Assembly (NCBI GenBank): GCA_963693365.1
Contig: CAVNZM010000006.1
Span: 2,170,001 to 2,234,000 of the forward strand
DNA: 64,000 bases
Direction: 5' to 3'
Source: Amoebidium appalachense
Taxonomy: Eukaryota > Protista > Ichthyosporea
A program made the position numbers and the translations under genes. The notes below the pieces were generated by a model. That model was not told the origin of the DNA and searched no databases. It was given only the letters and a program-made list of their open reading frames with translations. Position 1 is the stretch's first letter, and every line of letters begins with the position of its first letter. Positions 14,252 to 25,810 of the stretch are shown here, piece by piece.

Positions 14252-14359
14252 GGCTGCGGCAACTATGAGCAGCTGTGGCTGACCACCTCTCTGCGTGGCG
14301 CCTGTAACGGCAACCTCCGGGTGGAGATTCTGAATGAGGGTATTCACAGTGGCAAGGGC

Positions 14360-14446
<87 letters not shown>

Positions 14447-14849
14447 ATGTATGGAAGTTATGGTTCTACTGGACTTGTGAGTAACGAGAACCATAAATGC
14501 TCTACGACGCACGTACACATACACACACACGCATGCACGCATGCACATGCACACACACATGGAGAAAGTAAGATGCACGCACACACACACGCACACACAC
14601 ACAAATAGAGAGAGAGCAAGGCACACACATACACAACACACACACAGAGAGGGGGGAGAGGGGGGGGGGGAGAGAGAGAGAGAGAGATCCGGGCACACTA
14701 ACATAGGTGTGTGCCTGCAGTGGTGTTGTTCCCTCTTCCTTCCGCATTCTTCGCCAACTGCTGTCCCGCATTGAAGACGAGAACACGGGTGAAATTCTTG
14801 TCAAGGAGCTATATGCCGAAGTGCCTCCCCACCGCATGGCGGTATTCCC

Positions 14850-14880
<31 letters not shown>

Positions 14881-15117
14881 AAAAAAAAAAAAAAGAAAGA
14901 AAGAAAGAAAGTAAGAAGGGGGGGGGGGGGGGGGGGGGGGCATATCCATCAATATGAAACCGTGTGTGTAGTGTGCCCACTTTCTTTCGTAGGGTTGACC
15001 AGACATGCTGCATACACGGAGCTTGTGTGTGTGCTGGTATGTCTGCCTGTTTGTGTTGATGCATGTGCCTCATGTGCCTATGTCGGGCAGTGCGCCATGT
15101 TATGGTGTTACTGTGTC

Positions 15118-15150
<33 letters not shown>

Positions 15151-15337
15151 GTGCTCGCACGGTCATATGAAAGTTTGTGTGTGTGCGTGTGTAGATTGCA
15201 TGTCTGCGCACGAATGTATTTTCAGACAACGGAAAATGGAGGGAGTATTTGGACTAACACTTGGGCCCACAGCAACTCAAGGAAGTTGCTGCAGAGCTGG
15301 CACATGATTACTTCGCCCAGGTTCCTTTCCTTTACCC

Positions 15338-15372
<35 letters not shown>

Positions 15373-15999
15373 CCCGCTCCCCCCGAGTCACCACCACCAC
15401 CACCACCACCACCACCACTACACACAAACACACATGCACACGCAGACACAACACGTGTGTGTACACGCACACACACACACACATACACGTGCGCACACAC
15501 ACACAAAGACCTGACCTAGGATTTGGAATATCTGTGGTGTTTGTGTCTGCTTGCTTATGCTCGAATGTGCGTGCGTCTGTGTGCGAGTTCGTGTTACTGG
15601 TAGCTCGAGTGTGTGGTTGTGGTTAATAAAGAAAAAAATTTTTGAAAGGGGGGAGGGGGGGGGGGGCGGCAGGCACAAAGAACTTTTTCTGGACATGTCA
15701 CAGAGCAGCCGTTGTGAATTAAGATCAATAGTTTCTAGACGTGGGAAAGAACAGAGCTGATAACTGCAACTAGCAGGCACGTGCAAGTGTTTCGACTTAT
15801 GCATGCTTGAGTGCCCACCCTATCATGCTGTATCAACCGTCGTTTCTGTTTGCTATGTTGTCGGTTGTGATGCAATAAGTGTAAATACGGTGTGAACTAG
15901 GGAGTGAAGGAACGCAGGTGTTAAAGGGAGTTTAGGGTGGTTCTTCAGAGGAGGGCTTTTTTTGGGGGGGGGGGAGGGGGGGGGGGGGGGGGGGAGGGA

Positions 16000-16034
<35 letters not shown>

Positions 16035-16099
16035 GGGGGGGGGGGGGAAGGAAGAGAGAGAGAGATAAGATGAGGTGGATGTGGCTAGTGTATGTGTGT

Positions 16100-16130
<31 letters not shown>

Positions 16131-16236
16131 GTTGCCTCCCAGCTAGGTTGCTGACCGCATACGACAGTTCCCGTTTGTGGACAACGCCAAGGCAGTCACC
16201 CACGATGTGGAGACCTTGATTCTGAACAAGTATGCA

Positions 16237-16277
<41 letters not shown>

Positions 16278-17733
16278 TTTCCTTTCCCCCCAACCCACCC
16301 ACCCCACCAACCACCACCACAAATACACATGTATACACATGCGCGAACACGAACACACAAAAGCATAGTAATATTATTATAAATAATATAGCAGTAATAG
16401 TCCGAGACCTTCCAAGCAGTCATTCGTCCCGCACATCACCAGAGGGACCCCCATAACGCAAAAAACACACCATTTTAGCCACCCACCCATGCATTGTGGA
16501 GGCACTCAAACCCACTCACGATGATTGGCTCTATTCCGCATTTTTTGCCTGCATGTTCATTTAGTTCCTGTTCTTTTCTTGCCCTTACCACTTCTGGTGT
16601 TGCATGTGTCCTCACCCACTCGCCCACCCACCCACCCAACCACCAACCCTAAATTGTGTCGATCATAAGCCCCCTATCACACGCAAGCACCCCTCCCCCC
16701 TCCCCCCTCCCCCCCCCCCCTTGCCCCCCGACCACCACCACCACCACCCACCCACCTACCCACCCACCCATGCTCCACACTCAATCTTCACTGCCCACAG
16801 TACGTGGAGGCCCACTCTTTGCATCACAGGCATCGATGGTCTTCCGCACAACGACGTGGCTGGTATATATGCCCCCCCCGCACCCCCTCCACCCCTCATG
16901 TGCCGCCACCACCACAACACAAAACAAAAAAACAAAAACAAAAAAAAAAAAAAAAAGGTCAAATGAAACTTTTGAGTGCCTATAACTCCTCGCATAAGAA
17001 GGAACATGAAAATGTATTTGTTAACTCGTTTTAGCGCACCATCTGAGAGTGCCCCCATCTACCTCCTTCCCCACGCGTAACGTACGATTTCTCGGGCTCC
17101 TATGGTGTTTGGTACTTCTACGGCGCCCCTTCCCGTGACACCTGCCGGACAACACACGTTTCGTGCAATACTACCTACACGTTTTATCAAAGTGTATCTT
17201 TGGAAGAGTTTGTAGTGAGGAAGTGAGGGGTAAGGAGATGTGGTGACGTGTTCGTCACTCGTAATGACGATGGTGGTGTTTGTGGTGGTGGAAAGGAAGG
17301 AGGGGAGGAGATGTGTGTTTATGTGTGTATGTATTGCATGCGTGTGTTTGGGGAGGGAGGGTAGATGCTGATGTGTGTTGGTTCCTCAGGCAACGTGCTT
17401 CGTGCCTTTACGTCGGCAAAATTGGCATTCCGGCTGCCGCCCACATGTGATGCCCAAACATGCGGGGCCAAAATCAAGGAGATCTTGGAGAAGGTACACA
17501 CACACACACACACACACAAAAAACACACACACACACACACACATGCACACACACACACACACGTACACACGCACACACACACACACTCTCTCTCTCCCAT
17601 GTACACGCTCACACACACGCGCACGCACATGCACATGCACATACAGACACAAGTACACACAAACACCACGATATCTCCGTCTGCTGTTATTCGTTCAAAA
17701 AACCCTACCCTTTTCTTTCTTTTCTTCTCCAGC

Positions 17734-17768
<35 letters not shown>

Positions 17769-17802
17769 CCCTCCCCTCCCCTCCACCCCCTCTCTTCCCC
17801 CC

Positions 17803-17833
<31 letters not shown>

Positions 17834-18991
17834 AATGCATACTTTTTTGTGTGTGCTTTGCAAACTCTGCTTCGTTGTGTCGATGGTGACTGTGTGTGTT
17901 GTACAACATAGCCCATCATATCCCTCCCCTTCACCTCCATTTCTCAAACCTTTTCACCTCCCTCCCGATCGGCTTCTGATGGCCCATTTTCCATCTCATT
18001 CTACCACACATAAACACCATGATTCTCGCCCTTATGGTAAAGAGGGCAATGGCCTAGAAAACCCACGACTCATCCTGTGCTTATTTCTTTATCAATTTGT
18101 TATTATTGTTATTATTGTTTCTTCTTCACCCTCACACCCACACACCCCTATGAATCTTTGTTATTTCTTCTTCCCCTCACACCCACACACCCCCAGGATC
18201 CCCCCTACGGTGCCAAGGTCAGCTTCAATCTTGACAAGGGAGGCAGTGGCTGGAATGCCCCCCAGCTCGAGACTTGGCTCAAGACCGCTGTCGAGGAGGC
18301 CTCTTTGGTAACAACCCCCCCCCCCCCCCCTCCCCCCCTCTCTCCACGCCCTCCCCCTTCTTTCAACGTACTAAATGCTGAATTTAAACGTCCCCCCTCC
18401 CCCCCCCCCCCTCCCCCCACTATTCCAACCCACTAATGCAAGAATCCCCCCCTCCCACCACCACCACCACGCTTGTAATAGTAAAAATAATATTATATAA
18501 AAATGGTGGCGCGTGCGCACACACACACACGTGCACCCACACAGGCACCTACACATACATACACATACACAACCAACCCGGGAAAGGTGCAACTGATGAT
18601 GTGCATATCGGCTGGCAAAGCCAACTCGTTCGTTGCCTTATTTTAGTCTCTTGCCTGTACCTACACCTAGTTCCCCTTTGTGTATCCTGGCGCTTGCTCA
18701 AATGTACCGTCCTCCCCCTTCTCCCTTCCCCCCCCCCCCCCCCCCTCCCCACCTTACCATCCTCCCTTCCCCCCCCCCCTCCCCTCCCCCCTCCCCCCCG
18801 CAAAAAAAGTCCTTATATATACAGCTATCTCTCCCCCGTTTTCACGTGCGCACTCCATGTGTCACACATCACATTTCCTTCCTGTTTACTCCAGACCAGA
18901 TGCTGTGGAACACACTCTCGCCTACCTGGGATATGCCCATATAACTGCTTGCATCATACGCTATCATTAAATCCTATGTTTTTCTTTATGG

Positions 18992-19026
<35 letters not shown>

Positions 19027-19664
19027 GGGGGGGGGGGGGGTTGGAAGGGATTTGTGCATATGCTGTGCTATTTTGACTTGTGATCAACATTAGGCTGAGT
19101 AAAGATATCAATAAGGGTTATCCAAATACATTTTTTGGCATATCACACGCCATAATCAATATTCGGCATATCACACGCCATATCCAATTTTTGGCAAATC
19201 ACGCGTAATTTCCTTTTTTCGGCATATCACATGCCACACCTTTCAGGATCAGTAATTAGCCCCTCCTTTAACCTTGTCTTACACACGCCATTCTTGTCCT
19301 CCTGAGGTAGCCTGTCAGATGAATATAAGTTAGTTTGAGGAATTAAAGGATTTCCTAACTCTACAAATTCTCAACCCTGCAGGCTCACTTTGGGAAGAGC
19401 GTGAGGATGCAAGGTGAAGGTAAGAATCCTGACCACCCCCCCCCCCCCCCCCCCCCCCCTCCCTCCCCTCCCCACGGGTTCCACCCGTGCTTTTTCAGTA
19501 TACCTTTGTGCAAAAACGCTGTTCTTCTTCTTCTTCTTCTTCTTCTTCTTCTTCTTCTTCTTCTTCTCCTTTTTCTTCTCCCTCTTTGGCGCCTGATTTT
19601 CTTATTTGCTTGTAGATGTGATCCTTCCAATGTTGACCCCCCCCTCCCCCCCCTCCCCCCCCCC

Positions 19665-19720
<56 letters not shown>

Positions 19721-21851
19721 TTTTTTTTTTTTTTGGCGCCCGTTGTTTTGCTTGTCAGTTGTTGTTCTGGTTGATTACCTGTAAACTTCGCTTATTTATG
19801 TATGTGTGTGTGTATATGTATGTTGTGCGGGGTTGCACACACCGGTTTCTAGGTGTCTACTTTTCTTCTTACTGTTTTTCTCTCCACACACTTCATCTGT
19901 CCACTTCTGCATACCCCCTTTCATAGCTATAGACACACTTCACACATTGCGTTACGCGCATGCATGCACACACCGCTCTGTTGGCGACAGCTCCCTTGGA
20001 ACCCATGCGGCATGTTACCCGCCGGCGTAACATAACTCGGACTATCGATTTGGCTTTTTTCAAGCCCAAAGCAATGGGTGATACCATGTTTCCGGCTGAC
20101 ATCCGAGGGCATAGCTTTCCGTTCGAAGACGATAAAATTCAGCCCTAGTAAGCGTGTTACTACCCTGCGGCGTGGGTCAAATCTCATATTTTCCCCTCTG
20201 ATTGCAAATTCTGCGGCCTTCGGGACTTAATTTTTTTCAGCTGGTGTAGTATGTTAGCCAGGGAAGTATCGACTTAGGTAGCGACGGGGAGCTTCCTAGA
20301 AGCCCCGTCTCCTGAGTTCCTATCTATATTTTTCTTGCTTCTGCTTACTGCTGCAACTTTAACCCCCGGCCTTTCCCACTGCCCTTGCCTGCATAAGCAA
20401 CCCTGCTCGTCTCTGATCAAGACGGGTGACCTACCCATGTTCACGTGAAACAGTATCTGAGTTGGGTTTCGTTAACGAGGTGAATAGGTCGAAACTCGGG
20501 TACTGTGGATGACGTGGGCCCCCCCTGAGGATGGGCTCTGCTTATTATGCATACTCTTTATGTATGGCTTGCATTCTGCATCGTGTTATTTGTTTGTTCT
20601 TGTGTACTTCGTACTTTTTGACGCATTCAAACCCCCCCCTCCCCTGGGGCCGCCCCTCTTCATCGGCTCATTTCTGATCATGCGCATACACTGCTAATAC
20701 GATGTATGATAAACTAGATGGTTGTGTGGGCAACCTCTGTAGATGTGCGTTGTCACATGGTTTTGTGCCCGTGTACTTTGTGTCTGCCTCTGAAGGGGGG
20801 GGGGGGGTATTATGTCATACACGAATTAAGGGCTTCCAGCTAAAATTTGAATGGGGGGGGGGGGGGAAGAAGAAGAAGAAGAAGAAGTTCAATGCTGCTG
20901 TACCGTGACCTGGCGCTTGAATTACATATAGTGATGTTGACTTTGGGGGCACAGGGGGTTCGATTCCGTTCATGGGCATGCTTGCTCAGAAGTTCCCCAG
21001 CGCTCAGTTCATGATCACAGGTGTCTTGGGCCCCAACAGGTAATCACTACATCCCCCCTTCCCCCTCCCCCGCCCTTTCTCCCCGGGGCACCCGACCTTT
21101 ACCCCCTTCTCAAACCCTTCTTAGCCCCTCTTTGAAACGCACAAATACCCGGGCCTGCGCGCATGCACTCACGCGTGTGCACCAGCACGCACATACACCA
21201 AAAGCACGCACACGCACGCACACCGACACCAAAAGTACACACACACACAGTCTGTGTCTTATACACACACACGTGTGTGCGCTTCACAGACAGAGTTATG
21301 CAAATTAATATTCTCGCTTTCGTGCGGCTTCATGCAAGAAGTGAACATATGCATGGCATACTTGCGTGAACACAGATTGCAAGAGACAGAAAAAGACGAA
21401 AGGAAGGGCATGTTTGCCGGGATGTGGCTTAGGCCTGGGGAATCTCTCGCAGGCCTGCTGTATATTGGGAGGATGTTAAGTGTGTCTGTGTAAATACTTC
21501 TTCTTGTAACCATGTGGGTGTCACTGGGCCCCTGTCTCACAATCCTGGTGCATGTCTGTGTGTGTGTGTGTGTTTTTTTTTGTTTTTTTTTTTCTTTCTT
21601 TTTTTTTTTTTTTTTTTTTTTGGGGGGGGGGGGGAGGCGAGAGGGGACGGAGTCTATGCTTTCCTCCTAAAAATACCGGTGCCGACCAAGAGCTGGGCTG
21701 GTGGGAAAGATATAACAATACTGAAGCCCAACACGAGCATGAGATAGTGTGTGCTCGGCGAGCATGAGATAGTGTGTGCTCGGCGAGCATGAGATAGTGT
21801 GTGCTCGGCGTTTTTTTTTTTTTTTTTTTTTTTTTTTCCTTTGCAGGAGAA

Positions 21852-21882
<31 letters not shown>

Positions 21883-22038
21883 CTTCTGTTAAATATAAAC
21901 ATCATTGGCTCACTGTTGCATGTTTTTTGCAGCAATGCGCACGGGCCCAACGAATTCCTGCACATTGGCACGGGCAAGGCCGTGACTGCCTCTGTGGCCA
22001 GCGTCCTGGCCGCCCACCATGCCCACTTCAACCACTGA
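9692..22038 (+). CDS. M20 family Zn-metallopeptidase (ArgE/DapE/dipeptidase-like), ~478 aa, 16 exons
   Basis: Exons 9692-9798, 10353-10415, 11441-11548, 11951-12035, 12611-12707, 13359-13488, 14251-14361, 14721-14841, 15273-15320, 16168-16229, 16801-16862, 17390-17493, 18197-18307, 19383-19419, 20955-21039 and 21933-22038 (1437 nt, phases consistent). Motifs: YGHMDKQP, YGRGGADDG, IEACEESGS, CLDSG, GEGGSIPF, NAHGPNE. Confidence 0.93.
13473..13955 (+). repeat. 64-bp minisatellite (~8 degenerate copies) spanning the exon 6 donor of the M20 gene
   Basis: The unit ttgtctgtctggacag|gtgagatagt.gtgggatat... starts at 13473, 13537, 13601 and 13665, with further diverged copies to about 13955. Confidence 0.9.
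19985..20320 (+). ncRNA. Candidate structured intronic RNA (family unknown) in M20 intron 14
   Basis: A high-complexity, CpG-containing island inside a simple-repeat intron. It has many stems: atgttac/gtaacat, ctcgga/tccgag, agtaa/ttact, accc/gggt, a cUUCGg loop, ctgg/ccag and gacggg..gcttc/gaagc.cccgtc. A U-rich tract aatttttttc is also present. Confidence 0.35.
20383..20555 (+). ncRNA. Structured ~170-nt intronic element, copy A
   Basis: Homologous to the reverse complement of 30373-30550. Stems: ataagca/tgcttat, gctcgtct/agacgggt, cccatgt/acgtggg and cagtatctgagtt/aactcgggtactg. The G-U pairs form only in the + (host sense) orientation. Confidence 0.55.
21734..21810. repeat. 25-bp tandem repeat x3, each unit a small hairpin
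   Basis: cgagcatgagatagtgtgtgctcgg occurs at 21734, 21759 and 21784, with an internal cgagca/tgctcg stem. Confidence 0.9.
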
Positions 22039-22152
22039 TATATGCTGCACACCGGCAGAGGGTTGGAGTGTTGCTAGAAACCACATTGAGTTGATGTAAC
22101 ACTGCGCCACTTAAGCCACCCGGTTTGACGGTTTTGTTTTGCTTTGTTGTTT

Positions 22153-22196
<44 letters not shown>

Positions 22197-22207
22197 GTTC
22201 CCTCAAC

Positions 22208-22244
<37 letters not shown>

Positions 22245-23371
22245 CGCAGGGTGCTTAGCCTAAGGCGCCATTTACGTCAATTATTGTTGTTGCTATAGCT
22301 GCACAGTTTCGATTTGTGCTAGGTTGCTCAGCCGGACCGTATGATTAAATTTCTTCGTTTTTGTTGCTCTCTTATGGGCTGACAACCGTTACGGGCTATT
22401 TCAAGCAACACTAAAGCAGGTTTTTTTCCTTTTTTTTTTTTTTGCCTTGGCAATTTATGCGTGTGTGCACCCCTTGTCTTTCTCTTTGTTCGGGCACTCA
22501 AATTGAATGTGGGGCCGGGGTAGGCATTTTGTTTGGGTTTTCTGTCGCAAATGAAAGTCACTTTACTACCTCTTATTAAAGTTAGAGCTGAATCCTACTA
22601 GCTCCTGTATGGGCTAGTTTTTCGGGGTGGACTATGTAGTGTAATATTGAACACGGTGCCAGGGTCAACTTTGTAAGACACCTGCACAATAAACAAAATC
22701 CGCATGCGTAATGCAACAAAAGATTTACTGTAATAGTGGACGCGTGCAATTGCCAATGCCAGCACACCGTACCTCTCACTTCAACAACCGGTTCACCTGT
22801 ATAAACTCAGCAGTGGACGGTATCTCGTGTTACAGTAAAGTTTTCAAAAGTATTCAGCTAGTCCAGTGGCATGCGGATATCGTGAAAAAGGCCCGCCGAG
22901 GCGTGGTGCTGTGCTGTGGGAAGAGGGGGTCACTCGTGGGGATGATCGGTTGGTAACTAAGTAAGACCCCCACCTCCCATGGGCCACCTCCCCATACCAT
23001 GCCACAAGGCTGTGACAGTGAGCAAATATTCAACTTGAAATTGGGCCGTTCTTTTAAGGGATTCCGTTTTTGTTTTGTTTTTTTGTTTTTTTTTGGTGGT
23101 TGTACATGTTGTTGTTTTTTTTTCGTGATTATAGTAACTGGTCCGAGTTCTCTTTGTCTGTATGTGTTTGGGTTCTCAGCGGCACGTGACTAGAAGCCTG
23201 CCACTGCAGCTAGGCTGGTCGCATTATTTATGATAGGGCATCCACACTGAGTGCCCCCGGGGGCCCCCCCCACCCTCCTCCCCCGGCCGTGGCACACACA
23301 TAGCTATTATTATTCACGTGCACACACACACACACACACACACACACCGATGTCACACACACTGACAGTGT

Positions 23372-23415
<44 letters not shown>

Positions 23416-23417
23416 GT

Positions 23418-23459
<42 letters not shown>

Positions 23460-23510
23460 TTTTTAGTTTTTTCTTTTCTTTTTTTTTTTTTTCTTTCTTT
23501 CTTTTTTTTT

Positions 23511-23541
<31 letters not shown>

Positions 23542-24151
23542 GGGAGGGGGGGGGGGAGGGGGGGAGGGACGGTGTAGTGTGTGTGTACATGTGTGTGTGT
23601 GTGTGTGTGTGTGTCATGTAACACGACGCATCATGTGCTGTCAGAGTGTAGACACGGAGGGAGAGCGAGCTCTGTACGCACAATGTCATGGCACTGCTAG
23701 TGACACACAATCATGCCATCACCGTATGATAGACCAACACATCATGTGACTGTGTGCAGGGGGTATGGGGGGGCCCGAGAGGGGGGGGGGGGGGGGGGGG
23801 AGAGGGGGGGGCTATTATTAATCACACGACGGACACCGTGACGGGTACAGTCACGGTGTCACATGTATCTTAACCTGAGCAAACTAGCAGTGTTTATGTT
23901 TACATAGCGTGCCCTCTTGCAATGGTATACGTAGTTCCCCACCTCCACCACTGCGCAGGCCCCGTCCTAGCTTATAATTATATATGCATGCAGCAGTGAT
24001 CATGATGATACCTACCCCCCCCCCCCCCCCCCCCCCCCCAACCCACCCACCCTACCTAGTCTGCAATTGCAATGTATATCCTAGTCTGCAATTGCAATGT
24101 ATGTATGTGCGTCACATGGCTAATGCATGTGCGTCTATGTGTGTGTGTGTG

Positions 24152-24224
<73 letters not shown>

Positions 24225-24676
24225 CTGTCCGGTCCCCTCAGCTTTCCGATGTTATGTATTCAATATTGTGCATGCGGTGTGGCATGTGCAGTGTGTGTAT
24301 CGCCCAGATGTTGATAGGCCCAGTTTAGGCCCGTGCCCCCATTTATTTCTGCCATGCCGCATGACATTGTACAGCTCTGTGCACGGCATGCAGCATAACA
24401 ATACAGCCCCATCCATCCATTCATACGCGTATGATCTAGCCCCATTACCAAGCACACTATGCACATGCTTGTTCCAGCCTCAGGGGTTAAATGTAATCAG
24501 AGTGAGGGCCAAAACTGTGGCCACGGCTGCCCACAGCATCTATAGCGATTAATATTAACCTTTCAAGGTATCCCATATAAGCATATATCTTAGTGCCCCC
24601 TAAGTTACTGTTCTTTGCATACTGATTGCACACGACAGTGTGTCGCGGGTTTTTCCCCAGCATAAGGAATGCAGTG

Positions 24677-24931
24677 TGGGGTTTACTACACACTTTTTAT
24701 TGCGTGGACACTGCCGGGGGCCCAGCCACACTCGACGGCCTACGCGTTTTCCAGCGCAGCCAATCAAATGCAGCTAGTGACATATGTACATGCTAGGCAA
24801 CAATTAGCGCCATCGTAGTATACGACACCCCTATTACATATTGGGGTTTACACACTTTTTATTGCGTGGACACTGCCGGAGGCCCAGCCACATTCGACGG
24901 CCTACTCCGTTTCCAGCGCAGCCAATCAAAT
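24677..24931. repeat. ~90-bp direct repeat pair, each copy ending in a CCAAT motif
   Basis: tggggtttac..acactttttattgcgtggacactgccgg.ggcccagccaca.tcgacggcctac....ttccagcgcagccaatcaaat occurs at 24677-24769 and 24842-24931. Confidence 0.85.
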
Positions 24932-25810
24932 TACATATTATCCGTAGCTTAGCGGTAGGGCGCTGTTCTCCGACGCAGGAGACCTCTGGTTCAATTCTCG
25001 ATGGCGGGTTTCAATTTTTTTCGGATGCCCTCGGTTTGCCACGACACCTCGAGCCCAGAGCCCCATGACGCACAAGCACATGACGTCACCATTTCACTAT
25101 CTATTGCAAGGACCGGTCCGGGCCACCGTTCTATCATGACCCAGCCCAAACATGAATGATTATACACGGGCCGAATCCACGTTGATAACCGCCGCCGTCA
25201 AGGTCAAAGGCCATGGATGTCTAGATACCAGTGAAGGGCAGACTCGTATCTCTTACTCGGTCCGACTCATTTGGGGAGGTGAGCCGGGCCACCTCGGCGC
25301 GGACTAGGCGAACATTCTCCCTAGCGGGGGCACGGGGGATTGGACCCCGAAATCTGTACCACAAACTGCCTAACATTGATAGATAGACTGAAAAAATGGC
25401 CAGCGGCCAGTCCCCTGGCGGACCAATAGGTAGTACGCAAATGTATAAGGAGCTTGTATGGGCTGATTTATAAGCATATCTCGGTGTCGCAAAATTAGCA
25501 TGAAATCCCGGTTTCAAATTTAGTATGCTCATATATATCTCGGTTCAAAAATATTAGCATGTTATCCCGGAATATCATGTAACCCGTTGGGTGGAGTGCC
25601 TGTTGGCCTTGGTGCCGGCATCTTATCACGACCTCAAGCCTGTATGTCGATAATAAACAGCACAATTCCCCCCTTCGCCCCCACCCCCCCCCCCTCCTTA
25701 CATATTATGGGTAAGCAGAGGCTAGCATCGGTAGCTCCGAAAGAAAGTTAAGGCACCGTATCACAATATCATACTGTGCAGCATTAATAAGGTGATCTAG
25801 GATAGTCATT

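Noticed and set aside
20075-20200. U1 snRNA-like patches (gataccatg, agggc...gctt, ccctgcg)
   Set aside because: The essential 5' AUACUUACCUG and the loop sequences are missing, so the short matches are probably chance.
20455-20540. Hammerhead ribozyme (CUGAGGA and GAAA present)
   Set aside because: The bases after CUGAGGA cannot pair with those before GAAA to form stem II in any permutation.
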